A DNA stretch of 64,000 nucleotides from the IMG/VR virus record IMGVR_UViG_3300033475_000012, positions 16,292-80,291 of that record. The stretch is one strand, 5' to 3'. This DNA is from a virus (Duplodnaviria; Caudoviricetes). The notes under the pieces are model-generated. The model saw only the letters and a list, made by a program, of their open reading frames with translations, was not told the DNA's origin and made no database searches. How positions within the stretch are numbered: the stretch's first letter is position 1; the number at the start of each line of letters is the position of its first letter. Both the position numbers and the translations under genes were made by a program. This document shows, one piece after another, positions 29,238-39,214 of the stretch.

Positions 29238-30704
29238 TTATGCGGCATTGCTGTTACCCCTCCAAATCATGCCCAATTGGGTAGGTTTGTTCAATTCGAT
29301 ACCGAAGGCATCCTTGGCGAATACCGATGCGATGCGCTGACCCTGATCACGGAAGTCATACATCCAGCAGCGTTGTTCCCATGCCGGTTCTGCGCCTTCA
29401 ATTCCCACGTAGTTCAGTATGGGAACTCGTTCGCCATCGGTGGCGGTATAAGCCCGTGCTGGCCACAGCAATGCGAAGTATTCCAAGATACGACCGTACC
29501 GGTAGCTATCGAACATATCCATCTGATAGGCCAAGAAGTTGTAGTTAGACCACTTGAAGTTCTTGAACTGGAAGTATTCGAAATCACGCATCCCTTCACC
29601 TCCCTCACCAAACAGTCGGTATTGGTAATCCTGTTTATAGTTCCGGACAATGTTGGCGATGGCTTCGCCCCAATCGATACCGAAATTGAAGTCGTGGATG
29701 AGGAAATAGTCATTGGAACCGTTGATCTTCCGAAGAGACTTGATAATGGAGAATAGCAACGACTTGAACGAACCGCTCAGGAAAGAATCGTAAGCATAGT
29801 TGAACAACCCGTATTGCCGAGTCGTCGGCACTACGCCATTAAATTCCTGATCCAGATCGGCGTCATATTGGTTGAAAAGCGTTTGTACTGTCCGGTTCTG
29901 GATAATCCAGTCTTCCAGTTCCGTCTGAAGTTGCGGAATGTAGAAGTATTCCACCTCCTCCCCACGAGAGTTAAGTCCCTTGGCGATCATGATGTCCTTG
30001 TCGTAAACGTAGTTGTCGATTTCGGACTCATCAACGTCAATACGGGCTTCGTATTTTTGTACGGCACTCTTATACAAGGCCGGGGGGTTCTTTACGATGG
30101 CCTGACCTTGGATTTGGGAAGGCGTATTGTTCAACTGATAGGCCCTCATCGCTGCCATAACCACGGTATATTGACCCCTTTGCGTGAGGTTGAGAACCTG
30201 ATTGTTGATGGGAGTGAAGGTGATGTTGAAAATGCCGGGCGAAACTTCCGTAACCGCCGTGATGTTAACCACTTGCTGGTTAAGCTCTTTGATGAACGCC
30301 TTGTACCCTTCCAGCGGCTTGGCAAAAAGGCCATTTGCCGTAAGGGATGCCCTGCTAATCTGAACGGTAACCGGGAAACCAGCGCCGGGAACGCCAGCCG
30401 TAGACTTATTTACCGTAAACGAAAATGTCTGGAACTGATCGTACTCGGCCCACCAGAACTTACGAGCTTTCACTGTTTTCTTGTCAGAACCCAACATCTG
30501 TTGGAGTTGAGAGAAAAGTCCCCAAATCCCGGAGTCCGGAAAAGGAAGAGTGGCCGCAATTTTGCCTTGTGCATTGCGTCGAATAGAAGGCTGATAAGCG
30601 ATCTGCTTCAGCGGATCATAGAACGTCAACGGGGTTTGTCCTTTGATAACACCATCGATCTGGTACGTTCCTGCTTCAGAGAAAAACTGGTTCTGGTTGG
30701 GCAT
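29238..30704 (-). CDS. major capsid protein (crAss-like HK97 fold, 488 aa)
   Basis: Size, position after the scaffold, strong codon bias, N-terminal KFWWAEYD motif similar to crAss-like MCPs. Confidence 0.75.
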   Translation of the reverse strand: MPNQNQFFSEAGTYQIDGVIKGQTPLTFYDPLKQIAYQPSIRRNAQGKIAATLPFPDSGIWGLFSQLQQMLGSDKKTVKARKFWWAEYDQFQTFSFTVNKSTAGVPGAGFPVTVQISRASLTANGLFAKPLEGYKAFIKELNQQVVNITAVTEVSPGIFNITFTPINNQVLNLTQRGQYTVVMAAMRAYQLNNTPSQIQGQAIVKNPPALYKSAVQKYEARIDVDESEIDNYVYDKDIMIAKGLNSRGEEVEYFYIPQLQTELEDWIIQNRTVQTLFNQYDADLDQEFNGVVPTTRQYGLFNYAYDSFLSGSFKSLLFSIIKSLRKINGSNDYFLIHDFNFGIDWGEAIANIVRNYKQDYQYRLFGEGGEGMRDFEYFQFKNFKWSNYNFLAYQMDMFDSYRYGRILEYFALLWPARAYTATDGERVPILNYVGIEGAEPAWEQRCWMYDFRDQGQRIASVFAKDAFGIELNKPTQLGMIWRGNSNAA

Positions 30705-30716
30705 TTGATTTCAGTT

Positions 30717-31751
30717 TTATTTCGCGTATCGCGCCCTTGCGGCCGCAATTTTTTCATTTGATTTTTCTAGACTTAACACGTTGTTTCCATCCTTTCCAGG
30801 GGCCTGACCTTTGATAACAGAAAAAGGCTGTTCGGATCCTACATTAGAACCTTTTACAACCCCTCTTCCCTTACCCAATTCGAAGGCTTTGCCTACAATT
30901 TGATCATGGTATTTTTCCCGGAGGTATCCGTTGATCTTCTTGGAAATTCCGGCCTCCACTTTCGAAAGGTCTTTTTCTCCGTTCTCATAGGCGGCATAGG
31001 TCTTGGCAGTGCGAAAATGCTCGGAAAGCTCTTCCCGATCTTTTTTCGACAATTCCACCTCAACTTGAATTTCTTCTTCACCGTCTTTTACTTTGGAAAC
31101 GGATAGTTTATCCGGAGTGCATTTTTCAATCAGTGTGTCAACGAATTTGTTGAAGTCGGGTATCTTTCCCAACATGGCCTTTTCCCGATTATAGGCGGCC
31201 TCAGCACTTTGATATTTGGATGTCAACGGGGATCGCAACTCTTCGGCTTCTTTCTTCAGCCGGGCCTCGCCTCTGGCCTTCTGAGCAGCATTTTCGCTGT
31301 TTAGCCGGAACTCATTTTCGAAGTCGGACTTTGCCTGGGACTGAATTTCTTCGGCATCGGTCACTTCCGGATTGTCTTCCCGCCACTCTTTCAGATAGGA
31401 TTCAAACCTAAGGTCGCGATCCGACTTGTTTTTTAAAGACTCGTAGGAATTAAAATCTTCCACTTTCATCAATCCCTTTTCAGCGGCATATTTGATGAAA
31501 GTGGCCTTATTGACCTGAGCCTCTTTTTCCTTTTGCTCGGCAGGGATGGCGTTCTCCTTGTGAGATTGGAGAATGGTTCTAAGCTGATCCCGGTCTATTC
31601 CGTAGTTTTTCAACTCTTCTGCGGTGATGATGCTTTCGGGAACATCTACAGGCGCGGCAGATGCGGCAGCAGCACCAGCATTCGGTTCTGCACCACCAGC
31701 GCCTCCGGCCCCCTCAGCCCCATCTTCGAAAAAGAATCTTGGAATAAACAT
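30717..31751 (-). CDS. capsid scaffolding protein (344 aa)
   Basis: N-terminal RFFFEDGAEGAGGAGG leader; acidic/helical K/E/A-rich body; immediately upstream of the MCP. Confidence 0.75.
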   Translation of the reverse strand: MFIPRFFFEDGAEGAGGAGGAEPNAGAAAASAAPVDVPESIITAEELKNYGIDRDQLRTILQSHKENAIPAEQKEKEAQVNKATFIKYAAEKGLMKVEDFNSYESLKNKSDRDLRFESYLKEWREDNPEVTDAEEIQSQAKSDFENEFRLNSENAAQKARGEARLKKEAEELRSPLTSKYQSAEAAYNREKAMLGKIPDFNKFVDTLIEKCTPDKLSVSKVKDGEEEIQVEVELSKKDREELSEHFRTAKTYAAYENGEKDLSKVEAGISKKINGYLREKYHDQIVGKAFELGKGRGVVKGSNVGSEQPFSVIKGQAPGKDGNNVLSLEKSNEKIAAARARYAK

Positions 31752-31792
31752 CGTAAAGAATTGAGATATTGGGGGTAAAGTAAAATCAATTC

Positions 31793-31823
31793 TTTAAGAC
31801 TTATTATTTTTTTGTTAGATTTG
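31793..31823 (+). promoter_or_regulatory. Bacteroidota-type promoter for the inverted two-gene cassette
   Basis: TAGATTTG (exact TAnnTTTG -7 box) at 31816-31823, with TTTA 19 nt upstream. Confidence 0.5.
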
Positions 31824-31852
31824 GGGGACAAACATTAACCCAAACAACATCC

Positions 31853-32113
31853 ATGTCCGAAAAAGGCAATCCGATATTGGACACCTATAAAGGCCATCCC
31901 ATAAGGAAATACAATAAAATTTACATCCGAGTGACGCCATCCGAGATGCGGCAATTTATCGACGCCAGGGAAGAACTTGGAATTTCATCCAGACGTCTGG
32001 TGGAAATGTGTGCAGGTAAGACGGCCGAATGCCGGGGAATTGAAATAACCGTCTGGAATAAGAAGAAAAATAAAAGCATCACTTTAACCCGTGGATTCCT
32101 ATGCAGAAAATAG
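31853..32113 (+). CDS. small putative DNA-binding protein (ribbon-helix-helix-like, 86 aa)
   Basis: KIYIRVTPSEMRQFIDAREELGISSRRLVE has the RHH pattern. Confidence 0.5.
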   Translation: MSEKGNPILDTYKGHPIRKYNKIYIRVTPSEMRQFIDAREELGISSRRLVEMCAGKTAECRGIEITVWNKKKNKSITLTRGFLCRK

Positions 32114-32817
32114 CCTTGGCGTCAAAAATGTCGAAAGACCTAGAAAAAAACTGGCTTTCAGAAATAGAAGAGGTTAATCTTCACAACATATTTTCTCCCA
32201 TATATAGACTCAATCACAGCATATCGGTTTGCAATGCTATTGTAGTTTACATCATTCACGCCTACACGAACGAATCTCCTTGGTTGAATTTAAAACAAGA
32301 CAGATGGGATAACAAGGTTAAAATACTTTCCAGATTGGTTGAGGATATAAAGAAACCAATCTTCGACCGACTATTAAAAAACGATGATGAAGAAATAAAC
32401 GAAGTTATAGCATCTTATCTGGAAGATCAGGCTACATGGAAATTCCGATCCGTTGTGGATCACCTCGAATACCATTCCCGAACCATGCGTTTTGTTAGGC
32501 AGAAAACAGACTCCGAAAAAAAAGAGGACGTCATGGGAAAGGACGGAAAGGAAACCCTGACTATTGAAGTGAATCAGGACTTGGTAGGTAAAATTAATAT
32601 ACAAAAAGGTCAACTACTCGAAAAGGCAACCGAAGCGAGAGAAAAGGCAGACAAACTTATTGAAGAATTAAATAAAGAATTTGTTATGCTTAACCATGTT
32701 GTACTGTCCGATTTTAATTTCAACATACTTGACGAAAAGAAAATCGATCCTTATTCTTGGTCACAATGGATAAGACACCGGGTTTTGCCAGCAAAACAAA
32801 AACAGAAAAGTCAATAG
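32101..32817 (+). CDS. hypothetical helical protein (possible small terminase subunit, 238 aa)
   Basis: Solid ORF overlapping the preceding gene; converges on the portal; function inferred only. Confidence 0.5.
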   Translation: MQKIALASKMSKDLEKNWLSEIEEVNLHNIFSPIYRLNHSISVCNAIVVYIIHAYTNESPWLNLKQDRWDNKVKILSRLVEDIKKPIFDRLLKNDDEEINEVIASYLEDQATWKFRSVVDHLEYHSRTMRFVRQKTDSEKKEDVMGKDGKETLTIEVNQDLVGKINIQKGQLLEKATEAREKADKLIEELNKEFVMLNHVVLSDFNFNILDEKKIDPYSWSQWIRHRVLPAKQKQKSQ

Positions 32818-35343
32818 CTATTTTTGCTCAGGGCTTAATGCCTGGAATGTCTCATCCCCTCTTTGTAATTGATGTTTTTGATCTTCTTGCGTTAGTTTAT
32901 TGTTTAATAACTGCTGTTTTTGATCGGCCATAGTGCTTGCTTTTCCTTTATTGAGAGCATCATTTACAGCCATGTCAACACGACCTTGATTTTGAATATT
33001 GGAATTTTTACCATCAGCTTTCGACTTATTGAGCGCCATTGCTATCTGCAAGTCCATTTGCTTCATCTGCTTTTCACGCTCGAATTGTAATTGCTCTTTA
33101 TGCACAATTTCCTCTTGCTGTTTCTTAGCGGCTATCATTAGTAAACAATAGGCATATTTCCAATTTATCCTACTTTGATTGATAACGAGCCCGACTGCAT
33201 CCCTAGAAACTTGATTTTCATCGGCCATTTTATTAGCCAATTCGAATAGATATTTTTCATAAAACGAGACGTCTTCTAGCGAAACTGTCATCCCAATAGT
33301 TTCCGGATCGAGTTCTTCTATACTTTCCAACAGCCAGCTATTCGCTAAGCCAATCACATTTTGAATCTCGTTCCACCTATCCGAGTACCCATACTTTTTA
33401 TGTTCTTTAACAACTGTAATAAGCCATTGTATCGTTCGCTGTCCGAACATTATCTGCAACTCTCGGATAGGCTTTTCCATAAACCACATGCCATCGCTGC
33501 TGGCGGCTAGTGTTGCTTGAATCCCGGCTTCCGGAACGTGAGATTTACCAGATTGCCCTTCCGTCATAGAATTTTGGGAAAGGGACATTTGCATTAGATT
33601 GTATTGCTCTATAATGAGCTTTATATATCTTTCTGCTTTGGCGATATGACCGGAGTCTACGGGTACGAATAACTTAGAAGGATCAGCAACATACTCTCCG
33701 GTTTTTGAATCTCTAAAGTCAAGGAAAACGAGATTACCCTGCTTAATCATCTTCATAGATTCTACTGAAGCATCTTTGCCGTTTCCACCAGTTGGATAAG
33801 CCGGATCACCGGGATCTCGTTTATTGGTTTCATCGACAGCCTTCAGAACGGCTCCCAAAAAATCTTTGGCGATGCCCAAGGCTTGTGTATCCTGAATGAG
33901 ACAGTTTTCGAACTTGTGCCATGTGCTCCTGATTTTGGGCATGAAGGCTTCTTTAATATCGGTATAAGACATCCGGGTATCGTCTTTGTAGATAACCAAT
34001 GTTGATTTAGCATACCGGAAGTCCACTCCGTACCGATACATATCAATATCCTTTTTGATGTTGAAAATGTATTGAGACTGCCAGAGCCAGTCGGTCATCT
34101 GGTTACGTGCTTGCCGGTCGCCGGGAGGTGGAATGTAATAGCAGCTATACCATGTGTTGTAAATCTTTTGTCGTTTTGACCCTTCGCCATCCTTGTTATT
34201 TTCTTCGGGAATCCAAGACGGTGGTTTACGCTGCCAGATGGGGAGTCTATTTTGGGTGAAGTCTTCAGAGAACGAGTCGGCATCTTGAGTAAGGATACTG
34301 AAAATTCCCACCATGATAGTGGTATTGCTTCCCTTGAAACTCTTTGCCTTGGAATAGCTCATGCCATGACGGGTGCCGCTGTATCGGTTCAGTTCGAACA
34401 CCTCTTTCAATTGCTCATCCGTCATGGTCGTTCCGAACTGCCGGACAAACTCAGCAAAGGTTATAGAATATTCATAGTGCCACATCGTAATATCCTCTCC
34501 ATTGTTCCGTTTGAAAGGACTCGTGAAAAGACGGTCTGGTTCCAGATATTCTACTTGGTGACGGCCATTGGTTTCATCCGTATAAGATCGACCGCAATAT
34601 TTGTTAAAATGCTTATAGTCGTCCGTAAACCATTCCCCGATTATCGGCCATTTATTTAAGTCAATGAGGTAATGCTGGATGCCCATTTCAAAAGCCCGTT
34701 CTACGTCACCCTTGTATACATAGGCATCATATAATTGAAGGTCTTGGTTGTCTTTTATCTGGCTACGGATATAGTCTAAGGTCTTGTCAATTCCGGAAGT
34801 TACTTTGGCCGCATCCTCTCCATCTAAACTACGGATATATTCTTCCAAATTTTCACTGTCCTTTATTTTCGGTAGGCCAATAGTCTGATTAATGTCGTTG
34901 ATTAGGTTTCGGAACTCACGCTGGTAGATAATCCGCTGCCGGTCACGCTGTTTTTGGCTAAGAGCAAACTTATCAATCTCGTTTACCTGTAATTTATTTT
35001 GAAGGCATATTTTATCTAACCGGGCACGAACGATATTGTCAATGTGTATATCTACCGGGCAGGTTTGGAAAGAAGAGGAAAAGTATTCCGCTTTACCGCC
35101 GCCGCCCATAGGAGTGGGCGGATCAATCATGTCGATGTACTCCTGCTTATTTAACTCGCCTCGTTCTAATTGACGGTATATCTTCTTTCGCTTTGGATCA
35201 AGGAATACGACGGAGTTTTGCTTCGAGTAGAAGATAGCCTGTCCAAGCCACAGCGAATTTTTCGCCTCGGGAGGAAAGAAATTTAAGTAGTCGTAATAGA
35301 GAGTATTATCAGCAATTGGCGGCAGAGTCTTCTTTCTTGCCAT
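32818..35343 (-). CDS. portal protein (crAss-like, 841 aa)
   Basis: Size, long C-terminal Q/K-rich coiled-coil barrel, position between terminase and scaffold. Confidence 0.8.
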   Translation of the reverse strand: MARKKTLPPIADNTLYYDYLNFFPPEAKNSLWLGQAIFYSKQNSVVFLDPKRKKIYRQLERGELNKQEYIDMIDPPTPMGGGGKAEYFSSSFQTCPVDIHIDNIVRARLDKICLQNKLQVNEIDKFALSQKQRDRQRIIYQREFRNLINDINQTIGLPKIKDSENLEEYIRSLDGEDAAKVTSGIDKTLDYIRSQIKDNQDLQLYDAYVYKGDVERAFEMGIQHYLIDLNKWPIIGEWFTDDYKHFNKYCGRSYTDETNGRHQVEYLEPDRLFTSPFKRNNGEDITMWHYEYSITFAEFVRQFGTTMTDEQLKEVFELNRYSGTRHGMSYSKAKSFKGSNTTIMVGIFSILTQDADSFSEDFTQNRLPIWQRKPPSWIPEENNKDGEGSKRQKIYNTWYSCYYIPPPGDRQARNQMTDWLWQSQYIFNIKKDIDMYRYGVDFRYAKSTLVIYKDDTRMSYTDIKEAFMPKIRSTWHKFENCLIQDTQALGIAKDFLGAVLKAVDETNKRDPGDPAYPTGGNGKDASVESMKMIKQGNLVFLDFRDSKTGEYVADPSKLFVPVDSGHIAKAERYIKLIIEQYNLMQMSLSQNSMTEGQSGKSHVPEAGIQATLAASSDGMWFMEKPIRELQIMFGQRTIQWLITVVKEHKKYGYSDRWNEIQNVIGLANSWLLESIEELDPETIGMTVSLEDVSFYEKYLFELANKMADENQVSRDAVGLVINQSRINWKYAYCLLMIAAKKQQEEIVHKEQLQFEREKQMKQMDLQIAMALNKSKADGKNSNIQNQGRVDMAVNDALNKGKASTMADQKQQLLNNKLTQEDQKHQLQRGDETFQALSPEQK

Positions 35344-35373
35344 CTTTTTTTATATAAATGTAGTAATTTTTGT

Positions 35374-36444
35374 TTATTCCGTATTTTTTACCGTAATTAT
35401 GTCAATGTCGTTCATGCAGTGAATCTTTCTTCCTTCTATGACTACATCGAAAATATCGAAATCATCGACGACGACAGTATCACCCGTTTTTGCTCCAACT
35501 TTTTCTTCCGATTCCTTGGATATTGCTAGTATCTTCCGTTCGAAAATCTTCAACGTTTCGCTATATAAAATGCCACCAGCAGACACACGTTGTACGGTAT
35601 TTGATTCATGGACAAGGAATACATAGGGGTCAAAGCTGATCACTTCATTGTCCCGAACAACTCCGTATACTGAGGTTAATGTTTCGTAGTCTCCCTGAAC
35701 GGAAACCAACATATCTTTTGGGCATAGTCGTTGTCCGAATGATTGTTTTGTAGGGTTTTCTTCGGTAGACCTATTGGCTCTGACCCATTCGTCTTGCCCG
35801 ACATAACTCGTTACAGCCACAACGGTAACCAATTTATCTTCTCCATCATAACCAACGATGATTGTTTCGTCGTTGTCCACCAGATAATCCAAAATAGCGA
35901 CATCTCCCACTTGTGCGTGATGAATGTTTTCTCCGACGAATACAACTTCCCCAGTAGACACAAACCTAGCATTATGATCGGTATCATCGCTCGTTGTGGG
36001 ATTATACATGAAAAGATCGGTTACTGTTCCGTCATCACGGATAATCTTTTTGGTAAATAAAGACTCCCTCGCCTCTTTACTTATCTTCACAATAACGTGG
36101 TTGGGATGGCAAATCAACTTACCCTCGACTTCTTTACAAAGAACGTCATCTTCAGTAACCATTACACAATCCATCCCATCGTACACGAATTTCTTTTGTT
36201 CTGTGTTCTTTTTGTATATAACCGCATCGCCTTCTTTAAAGAACGAGCATTTTTTACCAGAGGCCAATATCTTTCCCCGGTTCTGCTTTTTCTTGTACAA
36301 AATATCTGAAGCTAAAACTTCATCTTGCCCCCACTGATAAAGATTAAAATTACTTCTCAATACCACTAGCCCTGAAGGTCTTTGCTCTTCAGTAACTATA
36401 TCTTCTACTGCTATTAACACTAAATTTCTGAGTGGTTGAAACAT
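35374..36444 (-). CDS. co-chaperonin with three tandem GroES-like domains (356 aa)
   Basis: Domain 1 QPLRNLVLI...SGLVV...RGKILASG...GDAVIY...VMVTEDDVL; domain 2 HPNHVIVK...TGEVVFVG...VGDVAI; domain 3 DPYVFL...SAGGILY...KILAI...GDTVVV...CMNDIDII. Confidence 0.8.
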   Translation of the reverse strand: MFQPLRNLVLIAVEDIVTEEQRPSGLVVLRSNFNLYQWGQDEVLASDILYKKKQNRGKILASGKKCSFFKEGDAVIYKKNTEQKKFVYDGMDCVMVTEDDVLCKEVEGKLICHPNHVIVKISKEARESLFTKKIIRDDGTVTDLFMYNPTTSDDTDHNARFVSTGEVVFVGENIHHAQVGDVAILDYLVDNDETIIVGYDGEDKLVTVVAVTSYVGQDEWVRANRSTEENPTKQSFGQRLCPKDMLVSVQGDYETLTSVYGVVRDNEVISFDPYVFLVHESNTVQRVSAGGILYSETLKIFERKILAISKESEEKVGAKTGDTVVVDDFDIFDVVIEGRKIHCMNDIDIITVKNTE

Positions 36445-36454
36445 AAAAATTATT

Positions 36455-38479
36455 TTAACGTCTTGGTGGAGTTATTTCCCATATTCTTGCCATGTAACTT
36501 CTAACATGGTCGTCTGTCACGTTTGTTCGCTTGGCTTGTTTCAACGCATATTCAAGCATAATTTCAGACATCGTTACGTCAAATGCTGTTGTATTTGCCA
36601 TGTCAAAGTTCTCCAAATCAATTAGGCCGTCTTCAAAAGGATAACAGGCAATATGATCTTTTTCATCAATGGTTTTGGGAGCCCGGTATCTTGTCTGTAG
36701 CATCTCCACTCCATTCTTTACTATCTTACCAGTACTATCAGTCCATATACCACACCCTCCATCTTTTTCATTATTCATTAGGAATCTTCCCATCCCTACC
36801 TCTTCAAACATTTCTTTTACACTTTCCACTTGCCGTTCGTGCATTAATGAACAACCAAAAAACTTACATGCTTTAGTCGCCTCTCGATGCACATCTTTAG
36901 GGTCGTCCATACGACCAAGAAATAGAGCGGCCTTTTCATCCTCCAAGAAATCTTCACTATCTGGCTTGTTAAAATAATCAAATCTTTTATGAATGATGAT
37001 AGATGCTCTTGAAAAGTTAGAACTTTTTATATCTTCTTTTCGATATCGCACAGGGTCATACCCTCCATAAAACTCAGGATTGATAGGCGGAATGACTTGG
37101 CCATTATCGGTTACAAAGAACCGATTGCTGGCATCTATTTTACGGTCAATAGAAATAAAAGGAAGCAACGAAATTAGCCATAAGCCAGACGGATCTTGTT
37201 CGAAGACGATGCGCCCAGATGACCCCTCATTCAATACGCCCCTTACATATGGCTTATCGTCGTATGCCTTGCCCTCTAATTCTTTTCTTCTAGAAACCAA
37301 CCGTATTTTGTCGAAATACGACGCTTCTGACGCGCTAATAAGGGCCTCATCCTCAGTCAATGGCAATTTTCTTTTCTCGTAGTAATATTCCTTTGTTCCC
37401 TTTGTTTTTTTATTAATCTCGTTTTCTATCCACTCTTCGTTTCTAGCTTCATCAATTTCTCCGTATTTGTCTGGCAATAACTCAATGGGCAGGTATTGGC
37501 TCCATAGGCTACTAACAAATCGTTTCACAAAACCGCTAATCGTTGTTTTCTTCCCTGGCAACAAGGAAGATTCCCCAGCCATCTTTATCCACTCTTTCGT
37601 AGATTGTATAACTGAATCCGAGTCGCCGGTAGTGGACAGAGCAGACAGTTTACCGCGACGGCCGGCATTACGAATAGTCTTTCTGTTTACCTCGATGGTC
37701 TGCCGGGGATTGGCATCAGTAGGATGTTTAGAAACCTCATCAACAGTTACCTTCATCTTTTCGGTTCCGTCCATCGCTTTTTCCTCAGTAGGATATACAT
37801 AGACCCGGCCGCCGAGCCAAGGTTCGCCCTCCGAGTCATCTTTGTTATTGACTAATTCTAGCGAATTACGCGGGCGCTTCCCATTACTCTTATAGTAATT
37901 CTCCCGCATCCAAAAAGGACGACTGAAATAGGCTTCGAGAAGGGGGAACAGAAGGGTCTTTTTAGCCTTGTCCATTGTGTCGGACTGAAGGCCGATATTG
38001 TTATTGAAGTCAGAAAGGAGTACGTAAATATTCTCCGTTGTCTCTTCCGTGCTCATCCCATAGCGTCGCGGCTTGATCCACATCGGGCCATCTATCTCGT
38101 CTTGTTCTGGCTGCCAATACCAATCTCGAAAGTAAAAATCCTCTCTTTGTGAACGATTATGCCGGAGAAAGCGGTTGTTGTATTTATTGAAAACCAAATG
38201 ATCAACATTCATCCCTGTGAGATAAGTTGGGACTCCGTTATTCATAAAATACATACCATTCAGCCACCGATAGCGCCATTTTTCTATGTATTCAATCCTG
38301 TCTTTCTCCGACATCCGACGAACATCTCTAATGTCTAACTCGAAAGTAAGATCGGCAGGCGTCCGCCAATACTGATCCTCTTTTTTTAGATTATAATACA
38401 AAATCTCCCGCTCCGGAGGAAGGGGCGGGAGTTTATATATAATTCCCTGCTTGGCATCAAGAGTTATTATCTGACCCAT
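36455..38479 (-). CDS. terL: terminase large subunit
   Basis: Walker A-like KPRRYGMST, Walker B VTVDEVSK, RuvC-like nuclease GGYDP; start MGQ (38479) or 38488. Confidence 0.9.
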   Translation of the reverse strand: MGQIITLDAKQGIIYKLPPLPPEREILYYNLKKEDQYWRTPADLTFELDIRDVRRMSEKDRIEYIEKWRYRWLNGMYFMNNGVPTYLTGMNVDHLVFNKYNNRFLRHNRSQREDFYFRDWYWQPEQDEIDGPMWIKPRRYGMSTEETTENIYVLLSDFNNNIGLQSDTMDKAKKTLLFPLLEAYFSRPFWMRENYYKSNGKRPRNSLELVNNKDDSEGEPWLGGRVYVYPTEEKAMDGTEKMKVTVDEVSKHPTDANPRQTIEVNRKTIRNAGRRGKLSALSTTGDSDSVIQSTKEWIKMAGESSLLPGKKTTISGFVKRFVSSLWSQYLPIELLPDKYGEIDEARNEEWIENEINKKTKGTKEYYYEKRKLPLTEDEALISASEASYFDKIRLVSRRKELEGKAYDDKPYVRGVLNEGSSGRIVFEQDPSGLWLISLLPFISIDRKIDASNRFFVTDNGQVIPPINPEFYGGYDPVRYRKEDIKSSNFSRASIIIHKRFDYFNKPDSEDFLEDEKAALFLGRMDDPKDVHREATKACKFFGCSLMHERQVESVKEMFEEVGMGRFLMNNEKDGGCGIWTDSTGKIVKNGVEMLQTRYRAPKTIDEKDHIACYPFEDGLIDLENFDMANTTAFDVTMSEIMLEYALKQAKRTNVTDDHVRSYMARIWEITPPRR

Positions 38480-39113
38480 CCTCAACAAATTTAAAGGAAT
38501 AGCCGCCTGTATGATGCCTCACTCCATAGCAGACTTTACTTATATTTTGAAAACTCAAATTTAGTTCTCTTCCAGCCTCAGCAACCGACCCATACATAAT
38601 TCCATTTGTAATACATAACACTTTTTTAGAACAAGGGCTTTGGTCTCCCGTCTTGCCCTTTCCGGGATGCCGTCGGCCAAGAACTCGCCAAGCATGTAAA
38701 TGTTGTTCGCGGTGAGTGTTCCATTCAAGTTGAGAGGCCCTATTATCCCATTTTATACCCCATTTATGATTGACCGTTCTTTTTTTTAAAGGATTGGGTA
38801 TAAAATGAAGTCCCACAAGAATTTGAACATATTTCAATGACGTTTTACCCTCTCGATTTAGGCCCACACAAAGATAGCCCCGTTCATCTCTTGGGCGAGG
38901 AGGGAGAATTGTTTCTTTTATTTTTTGATAAGACCTCCCATTCCATTTTTCCCTCTCCAAAGACTTAATCCGACCCATATTACTTACCTCATATACTCCT
39001 TCATAGCCGGCAATTGGCCTCCATATTTCGCCTTCAAGGTCAAAAAGAGAAAAATTTTTATAATGTTCTGGTATTCCTTCTTTTATGGTAGATATAGCGT
39101 ATTCTTGACTCAT
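38457..39113 (-). mobile_element. NUMOD4-HNH homing endonuclease
   Basis: EIWRPIAGYEGVYEVSNMGRIKS; VNHKWGIKWDNRASQLEW; C-terminal HTH; overlaps the terL start. Confidence 0.9.
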
Positions 39114-39143
39114 TTTCACTTTTTAGTCATTCAGGCTCCAAAT

Positions 39144-39195
39144 ATGCGCATTTTTTGTGATTATGCGTATGCGTATTAGTAAAAATCGTGCGCAT
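39144..39195. promoter_or_regulatory. cluster of TGCG-core palindromes/repeats overlapping a -7-like box; putative operator for the late operon
   Basis: ATGCGCAT 39144-51, TATGCGTATGCGTAT 39162-76, GTGCGCAT 39188-95; minus-strand CATATTTG overlaps the first palindrome. Confidence 0.4.
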
Positions 39196-39214
39196 CAAAA
39201 GGGCCCCGAAATAT

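Noticed and set aside
27587-30761. Long plus-strand ORFs (219, 250, 244, 315 aa) opposite the capsid operon
   Set aside because: They are shadows of strongly codon-biased, GC-richer capsid genes, show no recognisable motifs, and fully overlap better-supported genes.
36455-39119. Group I intron splitting terL or other genes at endonuclease sites
   Set aside because: Flanking genes look complete with natural starts and stops, and the gaps leave no room for an intron core.
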